The position numbers were made by a program, and so were the translations under genes. Shown piece by piece: positions 12,020 through 23,668 of a stretch of 40,768 nucleotides of DNA (positions within the stretch are counted from its first letter, which is position 1; each line of letters begins with the position of its first letter). The notes under the pieces were generated by a model. That model did no database searches. It had not been told where the DNA came from and was given only the letters and a program-made list of their open reading frames with translations. The DNA comes from Octopus sinensis (lineage: Eukaryota): NCBI RefSeq assembly GCF_006345805.1, contig NW_021835949.1, positions 1 to 40,768 on the forward strand, read 5' to 3'.

Positions 12020-12194
12020 ATAGGAGAAGGAAAGATCCAGAGAAGGGAAGACAGAGGAAAAAAAATCGCCAACGGCACACACGCTGTCACATTTTGAATG
12101 ACCGGAAGGAAATGGGTGAAGAAAAGTTCTTTCAAAGGCAGGAGGGTGGTTCTTTCAAAGACAGGAGAATGGTAGAGGAGGAGGAATGTGTGTG

Positions 12195-13630
12195 TAAGTG
12201 TGGATATGTGCCTGCGGGAAGGTCTGCGTGTGCGTGTGTGTGTATGAGTGTATGTATGCAATGATAACACGTGTTTTGGTGTGTGTGTGCGTGTGTGTGT
12301 GTGTGTGTCGTTGTGGCTGTTAATCTTTGCGTGTTGTAGGGCTAGTAGTGTTTAAGGTCAAGGAAGAAGGATTTAGGAGTGGCTCCTTTTGTCTCTACCA
12401 CAGGTCAATAGTAGTTACTGCTAGTTTGAAGTATGTGTGTGTATGCATGTATGTATATGTATCGTGTGTGTGTTTTGTTTGTAGTGTGTGTGTGTATGTA
12501 TGTGTGTGTTCGTGTGTGTATGCGTAGAAATTGGGTGTGTGGCGAATAACTGTGCTTTACTTAGTGTATGTGTGCGTGTGTGCTTGTACGTGCGTATGTG
12601 TGTATACATGTATGTATAATTGTGTGCCGTGTGTATGGGATGTATATGTGGGCTCATTTGTGTGTGTGTGTGTGTGTGTGTACGTGCGTGCGTGTCGTAC
12701 GTGCGTGTAGTTGTGTGTGCGTGTACGTCTGCGTTTGTATGTGTGTATGTAAGCGTATATGGGTGTATATACATGTATCCATGGGGTTGTGAGTTTTGGG
12801 TGTGTGCATTCGTGTGCGTGTGTGCGTGCGTATGTGTGCGCATGTTTTTGTGTGCGTGTGTGTGTGTGTGCCTGTGTCTATATGTGTATACGCATGTGTA
12901 TGTGTGTGTGCGCGTGTAGGCGTATATTGTGTGTATGTATATGTATCGGTGTGTATGTGAATTTGTCTATGCGTGTGTGTGGAGGGGTGTTTGGAGTTGT
13001 GTGGGCATAATGTGCGTGCGTGTGCTTGTGTGCGTGTGTGCGCTTACGTGCGTGTATGTGCGTGTGTGTCTGTGCTCATGTGTGTACGTATCTGTATGAG
13101 TATTGTTTGTTGGAGGTATATGTAGGCATCTGTGCTGGTGTGTGTGTATGTACGTGTGTATGTGTGTGTGTGCGTTTATTGTGTGCGTATGTACGTGCGT
13201 GTATGTGTATGTGCGTGTGTGTGACCGTGGAGATGTGTGTCAGGTTGTGTTCATTTGATTGTGTGTACGCGCGTGTGCTTGAGTATGTGCGTGTATATGG
13301 CTATGTGTGTGTGTCTAAAGGTATGCGTGTCTGTGTGTGCATGGGGTTGGATGGGATAGGTTTCTGTGCATTCTTTGCGTGTGTGTACGTTTGTGTACGT
13401 GTGTGTGTGCACGGGCATATGTGTGTGTGCACGGGCATATGTGTGTGTGCACGGGCATATGTGTGTGTGCGCGTGGGTGTGTGTGGGTGTGTGTATTTGT
13501 GTATGTATGCGTGTGTGTATGTGTGTGGAAGTATGTGTGCGTATATGTGCATGTATGTTGTATGTGTGTGGTGTGTTGGAGATGTGTGTGTGTTCGTGGA
13601 TACGTGAGTATGTGTGTGTATGTGTTTGTG
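12195..13630. repeat. Cryptic (GT)n-rich low-complexity tract including 3 x ~20-bp minisatellite gtgtgtgtgcacgggcatat
   Basis: Directly visible; mirrored at 40240-40768. It is the source of the poly-CV and poly-HT ORFs. Confidence 0.9.
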
Positions 13631-13848
13631 TATAAGAACAATAATTTATAAAAATAATAAAATAATAAAAAATGTAAACACTAAAAAAACAAAAAAATTA
13701 TAAAACAATAAAATAATAAAATAAAAGACGTAATAGCACGTGAGGAAAGAAAATGAAAAAAAGACAAAGAAAAGAAAATAAGAAAAAAAGAAAAGAAGGA
13801 AGAAATAAGAAATAAAGTTGCTTGTTGCGGGAGGTGGAGACGCAGTCA

Positions 13849-16142
13849 CTAAGAGGAGGGGGCTGTGTTGAGTCCGTGCGGGGTATTAGTCTGTAAAAGT
13901 GAAAATAAACCGTTGCTCCAAGTGAAGCCTGGACTGTGGAGGTCCGTTGTGTGGGGCGAGACCAAACACAGAGATGTCACCGGGGAAATGGTTGGCCGAG
14001 CACAAGTGACGGGCGACGGGAGAATTGGTACGCAGCCGATCATCCCTTAGATGTTCGGCGAACCGGTCGGCCAGTCGGCGGCCCGTCTGTCCTACATAAA
14101 GCAGAGGTTGCATTTTATGCAATAGATGAGACCAGACGAAGTGCACGTAAAAGAATGTCTAATGCGTACAGTTCGCTGGTTGGAGCCGGTGACAGCAGTG
14201 GTGTTGGTGATGAAGGGGCAGGTGTTGCAGTGGGAGCTGGAGCACGGGAAGGATCCATGTGGGGCTGAGGGGGAAGAGGAGAGGGTGCTACGGACCAGGA
14301 GATCGCGTAGATTCCGGGCTCGTTTGAAGGATGACGAGTGTGGGTTGGGGAAAATGGGGCGGGTCGTGGGATCGAGCTGGAGACGACGGAAGGCAGGTAG
14401 TATCCTCCGACGAAAGGGTAGAGTGGAGGGGTGGAAAAGGAGGGGAAAGGGGGTGCGGTTAGTGGGTTGGTGAGAGGAGTGAGAAAGGGCGGTGGTGCGG
14501 TCGATTCGACGATAGCGGGCAAGGGCGTTCAAGACCAGGGTTGGGGGGTATCCTCGATGCTGAACAGGCGTGCCCGGTACCTGAGACTGGGTCTCAACAT
14601 CCTGGTCGCGGCTGCACAAGCGTCGAAGCGGAGGAACTGGGAGTAGGGGATCCTTTTGGTGTGGAAGGGATGGGAGGAGGAGAAGTTGATATAGAGGTGG
14701 GAATCCGTGGGTTTTGAAGAAGGCGGAGTTGGTGAGAGAGTGGGAGGGTGGTCGATGCTAAGAGAGATGTCAAGGAAGTTAACAGAGGTATTAAGAGATG
14801 GTAGAAGTGAATTGGAGAGAATTGGTGGAAGTTAGAGAGGAAAGAGATGAAGTGGCAGAGTTGTTCGCGGGAGAGGGATGTGGCGCCTATGCAGTCGTCT
14901 ATGTAGCGACCGTATAGCTCTGCGGTCGGCTCGGAGAATTGGGAGAATGCTTGGGCCTCAATGTAGCCAACAAAGAGATTGGCAAAATTGGGGACCATTC
15001 TCGTTCCCATCGCGACCCCAGACACTGTTCGTACATTTCCCCGGCGAACGTAAAGCAATTGAGGGTGAGGACGAGCTCTGCTAAGCGGAGAAGGGTGGGG
15101 TGCTGGGGTAGGGGTCGCTTCGACGGTCGAGGAAGTATTGGAGGGCTAAGAGACCGTCGTTGTGGGGAATCACAGTGTAAAGGGATTTGATGTCTAAGGT
15201 AAAGAGGAGGTGTGAGGGGCTGGGAGGGAAGGAAAAGGAATTGAAGAGACGAAGGGCGTGGTTAGTGTCATGTATGTGAGATGGGAGGGCAGAGACAGGA
15301 TGCGGTCGAGGTATAGGGAAAGCGATCGGTGGGAAAATTACAGGTGGAAACGATGGCGTGGCCAGGGTTATTGGGTTTATGAATTTTGGGAAGGAAATAG
15401 ATGGTAGAGGTTCGGGGTGTACGGACGATAAGGTTGGTGACGGTGGGTTGGAAAGCAGAAGAGGAGATGAGGTCGTGGATGGTGGAGGACACTCGCTGTT
15501 GGTAGGAGGAGGTGGGATTGGAGGGGAGTAGGCGATAGAAGAGGGGATTTTGAACATGGCTGAGCGCTTCCTCCCTGTATAGGTCCGCTCGCCACACCAC
15601 CACTTCTCCGCCTTTGTCTGTCGGTTTGATGACAATGTCATTGCGGCGACGGAGGTTGCGAAGGGCAATCGATTCAGCCCGAGTGAGGTTGTCTCGGAGA
15701 GGTCTTCTTTTGAAGTTGAATTGGTTGACCAACGCATTGCAGTCGTTCACGAACAAATCTAGGCTACTGAATTGGCCTGGGGGCGGCGTCCAGTTGGATG
15801 GGCGGCGCCCCAGCTCCAAAAAGCAATCCTGATTGTCGTGACGCTGTGGGGACGCGTGGGAAAACGCGCAAAGTTTGAGGCGGCGCAGGAACTGGTTGAC
15901 TTCGGTCCGGGTCTCAAATTCGTCACAGTGGCGCGTGAGAGGCATGAAGCGGAGTCCCTTACTGAGGAGAGAGCGCTCGACAGCGGAGAGGGGGAGATTG
16001 GGGGGTATAGTGACAACAGTGCGAGGAAGCAAGGTGGTGGGATGAGTGGGGTCAGGAAGAAGGGGTGCAGAGGTGTGGGGAGGAGAGTTGGAATAGTTGG
16101 GTGAAGATGGGGTAGGCGTAGGAAGGTCAGTGTGGGGTGTGT
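13849..16142 (-). mobile_element. Penelope-like retroelement (Neptune-type: RT, Cys-rich linker, C-terminal GIY-YIG), frameshifted
   Basis: Pieces: VVTIPPNLPLSAVERSLLSKGLRF, DIVIKPTDKGG.VVVW, IYFLPKIHK, LFTLDIKSLYTVIPH, GVAMGTRMVPNFANLFVG, YGRYIDDCIG, FPCSSSHCNTC, FTCTSSGLIYCIKC, LYVGQTGRRLADRFAEH, PHGLN. Confidence 0.92.
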
Positions 16143-19100
16143 AAATTTACAACATAAAATGTACGAAAAACTACACTTGCAAAACAATGTGACAACAGAA
16201 ATGAACGGACCGGTACCCGACGAAAATGACGACCGTCAAAATAATGGGCCGGGCGTTGTTCCTCATGTCCCGCAAATAAAACCCAAAAGACATAAATGGA
16301 CAAGTCAGGAATACATTTCTATCCTACACGCTTACTTTACAGCAGTGCTCTACCCAAAGAATGAAAATACAACAACACATACATACAAAATATGGAAGAA
16401 AAATAACATAAATAAAGACCTGGATACAACAATGAACCCTAATAAACTAGCAAATATACGGAGATATATTCTCAACGCAAAAAAATATCAGAAATAGAAA
16501 TAGAACATTTAAAAGAAAAAATACATCAGGAAAATGTAGATAGAAGCCACACAACAATGCCAAATAATATAAACATTGAAACAGTAAAACACGAAGACAA
16601 ACGTAACATTTCCAACAAAAACGATGTAAACAACAAAAAAAAAACCCAGACCGTAAGGATACATAATAATACACGACAAACAACAAGCCAAAACACAACA
16701 AACAAACATACGGATGAGATAGAAAGCGACACAAATCTAAAACCTGGAAACAACAAAGGAGAGCCTAATGATTATGAAACTATAAAAAGTAGAATAATCA
16801 AAGAACTGAAAACCACAGAGCTCAAAATGGACCACCGACCATACCTCCCAAAAATTAAAATAGACAAAACAACAACATCAATTATAAACAACATAAACCT
16901 AGCCGTCACGGAACTAATAGCCACTGAACCAAAAAGCGATATCACTGAGCTAAATGACTTAGTATACGCAGTAGCCACTGCAGCCACAAAAGAAGCTGGA
17001 TATTCACTCAAACCCATCCAAACAGGAGTATCACCACCCAAAACAAAATACAAAAAATAAGAAAAGATCTGTCGTTTCTTAATGAAATCAGTAGACAATC
17101 AACGCTACTGAGCAACAAAAGGAAAACAAAAATACTCCGAAAATACAACACCACAGAAAAAGATTTACCCGAGATAAAAGAAAAGCTGAAGCAAGATATC
17201 CTTGCCAAAGCACAAAGGATCCGCCGGTGCGAGAAACGCCAACGTTTCTTTGAACACAACAAACAGTTCAACTCCAACCCCAAAAAGTTCTACCAAGAAC
17301 TTGGCAAAAATAAAATAGAAATCACTGCAGCACCAACGGCAGAATTAGTGGAAGAATTCTGGAGAGAAATATGGTCGGCGAACGAACAACCAAAAAAAAA
17401 AAGGAGTCTTAAAACAACAAACTCAGCATCTGAGCAACTTTGGACCCCCATAACAACTGAAGAGGTCACCCAGGCACTGCAAAGACTAAGCAACTGGAAG
17501 GCACCTGGGCATGACAATATCCCCAACTTCTGGTTGAAATATCTAACAGGAATACACAAAAAGCTGGCTGAAAACTTTAACAACATACTGACAGAGCCAG
17601 AGACAATGCCTGAATGGCTCACGAAGGGGAAAACCATCTTAATTCCCAAATCAAATGAGACAGCAAAACCAGAAAACTACAGACCAATAACCTGTCTCCC
17701 TACAACGTACAAAGCATTTACTGCAGTAATATCGCAAAGATTGAACAAGCACCTGGACGAAAACAACCTGTTCCCAGAAGAGTAGAAAGGATGTCGCAAA
17801 GGCTCATATGGCTGTAAAGATCAACTAATGATCAATAAAGCCATAACTGAAGACAGCCACCGAAAGAAGAAAGGCCTCAGTATGGCCTGGATCGACTACA
17901 AAAAGGCGTTTGATAGCATCCCCCACACATGGATCCTCGAAACACTAGCCATGAACAAAGTTGCACCAATAATTATAAAGTACATAGGACACTCTATGAA
18001 TAAATGGCAAACAGTGCTACAGCTCCAAACAAAAGAGGGACTTGCGAAAACCAAAACCATCCCCATTAGAAGAGGAATATTCCAGGGAGATACGCTCTCT
18101 CCACTCCTTTTCTGCTTGGCACTGTCACCTCTATCGGATATGCTAAACAGAACTGGATGCGGATATAAATGTTACGGCAAAAAGATCAGCCGTCTTTTGT
18201 ATATGGATGACCTAAAATTTTACGCTACAAATGACAAACAGCTGGAAACACTATTAAAGACAGTTCATGGATTTACCAAAGAAATAGATATGAAATTTGG
18301 ATTAGAGAAATGCGCCTAAGTAACCCTGAAAAGAGGAAGACTAATTAAGAGTAGCAACATCACACTAGATAAAACCAATGAAATAAAAGAATTAGACCAA
18401 AGCCAAACTTACAAATACTTAGGAATCCATGAACTAGATAAGACACAACACACACAAATGAAAGAGAAAATAAAAAAGAATATTATAGAGGAGTTAGATC
18501 AATACTAAAAACAGAGCTCAATGCTAAGAACAAGATAATATGTATTAACACTTTAGCTGTCCCAGTTATAAGTTACAGCTACAATATCCTTAACTGGACA
18601 CTAAATGAACTAATCAAAATACCCTTTTACCCTTTTACTTGTTTCAGTCATTTGACTGCGGCCATGCTGGAGCATCACCTTTAATCGAGCAACTCGACCC
18701 CAGGACTTATTCTTTGTAAGCCCAGTACTTATTCTATCGGTCTCTTTTGCCGAACCGCTAAGTGACGGGGAAGCAAACACACTAGCATCGGTTGTCAAGC
18801 AATGCTAGGGGGACAAACACAGACACACAAACACACACACATACATATATATACATATATACGACAGGCTTCTTTCAGTTTCCGTCCACCAAATCAACTC
18901 ACAAGGCATTGGTCGGCCCGGGTCTATAGCAGAAGACACTTGCCCAAGGTGCCACGCAGTAGGACTGAACCCGGAACCATGTAGTTGATTAGCAAGCTAC
19001 TTACCACACAGCCACTCCTGAGGAAAACAAGAAAAATAATGACAGGATCTAGGATGCATCACCCAAAATCTACTAGGCACTGCACACATCCTACGCAGAA

Positions 19101-19214
19101 CACTTTCCATACAATAACCGTCAGAGCATCACAACAAATCACAGCACATACCCAAGGCACACAGAGCTGCTCTCGGTAGTGAATTGAAGGCACGATATAA
19201 AAAATATACTACTG
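16143..19214 (+). mobile_element. R4/Dong-type (RLE) non-LTR retrotransposon, internally deleted, SINE-interrupted
   Basis: N-terminal KRHKWTSQE..ILHAYF; RT motifs WKAPGHDNIPNFWLK, NYRPITCLPTTYK, AWIDYKKAFDSIPH, GIFQGDTLSPLLF, LLYMDDLK, FGLEKC. The CCHC/RLE region is deleted at ~19068. The 3' UTR ends ctactg followed by (AAT)n. Confidence 0.9.
18622..19020 (-). mobile_element. tRNA-derived SINE inserted into the R4 coding region
   Basis: Head with TGGCTGTGTGG A box and GGTTCAGTCC B box, CORE-like ccttgggcaagtgtctt, tail (gtaaaagg)n. It splits R4 between ...ELIKI and RKTRKIMT. Confidence 0.9.
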
Positions 19215-19760
19215 AATAATAATAATAATAATAATATAAAAATTAAATAATACGGCGATTATCTAACAAAGGGATGGGAATTTTTGTGATATAATTATTA
19301 AATAACTAGTAGATATAATTAGTATAATAAAAGGAAAGTGGTATATTTATTATTAAAAATGTAGAAAATAAAAGATTGTAAAAGCAGAAAGATAATAATA
19401 CTAACAAACAGAAACTAAATAAAAGTACTTAGAGAGAATGTTTATGAAATTCAGGGATTGATAATTACGAGAAATACTAACAATATTAAATTTAGTGGAT
19501 GGAAATTCATGCAAAAAAACCAACTCTAAATGCAAGGGAGAGAACAATCGAGAAATTATTATTATTTAGCTCCCTTCATCTGTGCATTGATTTTGAAAAC
19601 TCTTGTAGCCTCTCAAAATGCAGATCACCACCACTTTGCAGTTTACTTTTAAGTAAATATTTAAGAAATTCATAAAATGTATGGAGTACAATGAGAATAA
19701 TATTAGTATAATAAAGAAGACAGTTGTCTCATAGGAAAAGAAAGATTTATTAAGATATTA

Positions 19761-20160
19761 GGCGCAGGAGTGGCTGTGTGGTAAGTAGCTTGCTAACCAA
19801 CCACATGGTTCCGGGTTCAGTCCCACTGCGTGGCATCTTGGGCAAGTGTCTTCTGCTATAGCCCCGGGCCGACCAATGCCTTGTGAGTGGATTTGGTAGA
19901 CGGAAACTGAAAGAAGCCTGTCGTATATATGTATATATATATATGTGTTTCTTTGTGTGTCTGTATTTGTTCCCCTAGCATTGCTTGACAACCGATGCTG
20001 GTGTGTTTACCTCCCCGTCACTTAGCGGTTCGGCAAAAAAGAGACCGATAGAATAAGTACTGGGCTTACAAAGAATAAGTCCCGGGGTCGAGTTGCTCGA
20101 TTAAAGGCGGTGCTCCAGCATGGCCGCAGTCAAATGACTGAAACAAGTAAAAGAGAAGAG
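19761..20160 (+). mobile_element. Full-length tRNA-derived SINE with target-site duplication
   Basis: GGCGCAGGAGTGGCTGTGTGG...GGTTCAGTCCC head; agatattagg present at both junctions. Confidence 0.92.
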
Positions 20161-20289
20161 AGAAAGAGATATTAGGAAATAATTATTACATAATTTTGGT
20201 ATAAGAAAAGGAAGATCATATATTTATCCTTTATAGAGACAGAGTTTCCGAAATATAAAGCTGGATATCCTGGGAGGGAGCCACTCAAT

Positions 20290-20816
20290 TAGAGCGAGCC
20301 CAATACGCAACTGATACTTAATATATCACTCCCGAAAGGATGAAAGGCAAAGTCGACCTCGGCGCAGTTTGAACTTGGAACGTAGCGGCAGACAAAATAC
20401 CTATTTCTTTACTACCCACAAGGGGCTAAACACAGAGGGGACAAACAAGGACAGACAAAAGGATTAAGTCGATTACATCGACCCCAGTGCGTAACTGGTA
20501 CTTAATTTATCGACCCTGAAAGGTTGAAAGGCAAAGTCGACCTCGGCGGAATTTGAACTCAGAACGTAGCGGCAGACGAAATACCTATTTCTTTACTACC
20601 CACAAGGGGGTAAACACAGAGGGGACAAACAAGGACAGACAAAAGGATCAAGTCGATTACATCGACCCCAGTGCGTAAATGGTACTTATTTAATCGACCC
20701 CAATTGGATGAACGGCACAGTCGACCTCGGCGGAATTTGAACTCAGAACGTAACGGCAGACGAAATACGGCTACGCATTTCGCCCGGCGTGCTAACGATT
20801 CTGCCAGCTCGCCGCC
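20290..20816 (-). mobile_element. Second SINE family with ~2.6 tandem ~185-bp body repeats
   Basis: Head GGCGGCGAGCTGGCAGAATCG, B box GAGTTCAAATTCC; the unit gtattt.gtctgccg...gtagtaaagaaatag is repeated. gctggatatc lies on both flanks. Confidence 0.85.
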
Positions 20817-21709
20817 TTAATAGGGCTGGATATCAACAATAAAAATAATAACAACATTAAATTAATGATTATAGGTTCAAATATATAAGTAAATAGGGAA
20901 TAGGTAGTAATATAGGATAAGATTAGTATAATTCAGTATTGTAGAATGGGATAGATTAAAGTATATGACGTAAATAATCGGAAAAAAAATATTGATATGC
21001 AATCATTAAAATATTGTTTAAAATACATAATTATAGTTATAATACAGGTAGATACGCTAAAAATTACTTTTATACCTAAATATCTTATAAACATTGTTAG
21101 TATTTAAATATGTTCAAAGTATGAATTGTTTTATTGAAGATGATGCAATTGACAATAAAAATAGTTAAATATTATTACATGGAGTATAAATGATTATTAT
21201 TAGTGAAGAAGTGAAATAACAATAAAGCTATCATTTGTATTTATGCAGACATGAAAATCACTCATTTATGAATAAATGAATTTATTTATAAATTTATTTA
21301 TTTATTTATAGATAACATAAAATAATATATATATTATAAAATAAATTACGTGTACATGTTTTAATTTATGAAACAATCTATTGTGATATTTGAATTTTTC
21401 TATGGTTAAGTAAATTTCTCCATACTAATTTTCTCGTCATTTATAAATTCACACACATACTCACACACACACAAACACACACACGCACGAACGCAGACAC
21501 ACACACACACACACGCATGCATACTGATGCACAAATATATCTGCATATGTGTACACTTGCATTCTCGTATTTTGAACGATGTACATAGATGCCATGCTTG
21601 GGTATGTGTATGTATGTATGTATGTATGTATGTATGTATGTATGTATGTATGTATGTATGTATGTATATACGTATGTCAGGTCACTTTCGAGTGCTACTG
21701 GTAACATAT

Positions 21710-22255
21710 ATTTACTTATATATTTGAACCTATAATCATTAATTTCAAGTTGTTCATATTCTTCTTGATGATATCCAGCTGATATCCAGCCCTATATTTT
21801 GGAAATTCTGTCTCTATAAATGATTACAATATGATTTTCTTTTTCTTATACCAAAATTATGTAACAATTATTTCCTAATCTATTAATAAATCCCCTTTCT
21901 CCTCTTAGAAAACCCTCTTATTAATTTATATTCATATTATTCTCATTGTACTCCATACTTTTTATGAATTTCTTAAATATTTACTTATATTTTCATGACT
22001 AAAATTTAATATATATCATATTTCTCTTGTTGGTATCCATCCCTGTATTTCGTAAACATTGTCTCTAAATACATTTATTTGGTTTCAGTTTGTTAGTATT
22101 ATCGTTTATTTTCTACAGTTTTAGTAATAAATATACCACTTTCCTTTTTTTATACTAATTATATCTACTAGTTATTTTATAATTATATCACAAAAATTCT
22201 CTTCCGTTTTTATAGATAATCGTATTATTTTATATTAATTTTATTATTATTATCT
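21710..22255 (-). repeat. AT-rich unclassified repeat, copy B (SINE-free)
   Basis: Inverse homologue of 19225-20893 without the two SINEs. Confidence 0.8.
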
Positions 22256-22488
22256 TCCACAACTTCTAACGTTCTGTTTAAAGATTAACTTTGCGATTTT
22301 GGAACTTGATGTCGAGACATTAATATGTAACAAAGATTTTAAAAATTTTACCTGAGGATGTAGTTTACAATCAATCAACCATCCATCCAACCATCCATCC
22401 ATCCATCCATCCACCTATCCATCTATCAATCTGTCTCTTTTATACTTTGCATGTACCCTGTCTTCGCGTTGTTGTTTCTTTTTCTTGT

Positions 22489-22543
<55 letters not shown>

Positions 22544-22711
22544 AAATTAGGGAAAAAACCCTATTATGCAATTCAAACAACGATAGACATAAACCAAATC
22601 ATAAAGAAAACATAAAATATATTATAAAACATTTATATATATTATATATTTATATTGTGAAATTTGATTTAATACTAAATTGAATTTTCCCTGTATGGTT
22701 GGGTTATACTC

Positions 22712-22724
22712 CCTATTATTATTA

Positions 22725-22768
<44 letters not shown>

Positions 22769-22785
22769 TTTTATTATTATTATTA

Positions 22786-22826
<41 letters not shown>

Positions 22827-22858
22827 CATTATTTTTATTATTATTATTATTTTTATTA

Positions 22859-22892
<34 letters not shown>

Positions 22893-22952
22893 TTTATATT
22901 ATTATTATTATTTTTATTATTATTATTAATATTATTATTATTATTATTTTTA

Positions 22953-22983
<31 letters not shown>

Positions 22984-23001
22984 ATTATTATATTATTATT
23001 A

Positions 23002-23079
<78 letters not shown>

Positions 23080-23211
23080 TATTTTTATTATTATTATTTA
23101 TTTTTATTATTATTATTTTTATTATTATTATTTTTATTATTATTATTTTTATTATTATTATTATTATTTTTATTATTTTTATTATTATTATTATTATTTT
23201 TATTATTATTA

Positions 23212-23249
<38 letters not shown>

Positions 23250-23357
23250 TTTAACATTATTATTATTATTATATTATTATTATTATTTTTATTATTATTT
23301 TTATTATTATTATTATTTTTATTATTATATTATTATTATTATTTTTATTATATTATT

Positions 23358-23412
<55 letters not shown>

Positions 23413-23416
23413 TTTT

Positions 23417-23476
<60 letters not shown>

Positions 23477-23490
23477 TATTATTATTATTT
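22712..23490. repeat. ~780-bp imperfect (TAT)n microsatellite
   Basis: Directly visible. The mirror tract at ~31102-31168 is only about 65 bp. Confidence 0.95.
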
Positions 23491-23668
23491 CTTCCGAAGT
23501 GGGCGGATGTGTATTCCCGAAGCTCGTAAGTTTTTACACCATTTCTGCCTGAAACTTCGGAAAAAGTTTAAATATTTTTGTATATTTGTGTGGCCAAGCC
23601 AACTAACTTCTTGTGGAGCTAGTTGGTTAGCCAAATGTTACCCCTATTAGGGGTAAAAGTTTTGGCAA
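23491..23668 (+). mobile_element. Inverted duplicate of the presumed 5' UTR of the Tx1-like element
   Basis: cttccgaagtgggcggatgtg...cccctattaggggtaaaa is the reverse complement of ~30931-31100, which runs into Tx1 ORF1. Confidence 0.8.

Larger units (their letters stand above)
19225..20893 (+). repeat. AT-rich unclassified repeat, copy A (carries two SINE insertions)
   Basis: Homologous in inverse orientation to 21710-22255 (shared blocks taactagtagatataattagtata, ggaaagtggtatatttatta, gtatggagtacaatgagaataat, acataattttggtataagaaaa, attaatgattataggttcaaatatataagt). Confidence 0.8.
13092..23668 (+). repeat. Left arm of a giant inverted duplication (minimum extent)
   Basis: 13092 ctgtatgagtattgtttgttggagg is the reverse complement of the window end. 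PLE, R4, SINEs, AT-rich blocks and the Tx1 5' end are collinear in inverse order with 30931-40768. Confidence 0.95.

Noticed and set aside
221-13651. Many ORFs rich in YI, CV or HT dipeptides (also 21441-23552, 29430-30032, 40167-40728)
   Set aside because: They are translations of (TA)n, (GT)n, (TAT)n or (GTT)n repeats, or the antisense of TE ORFs, with no domain content.
13849-16142. Possible UGA-recoded (selenoprotein) Penelope ORF
   Set aside because: The ORF breaks examined are frameshifts, partly different between the two copies, rather than conserved in-frame TGA codons.
20290-20816. Regularly spaced repeats reminiscent of a CRISPR array
   Set aside because: The whole ~185-bp unit repeats with no unique spacers, the context is eukaryotic, and there are no cas genes.
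20893-21420. AT-rich coding-like stretch as a NUMT or viral gene
   Set aside because: Short frames with frequent stops and no recognisable motif; it cannot be supported without a search.
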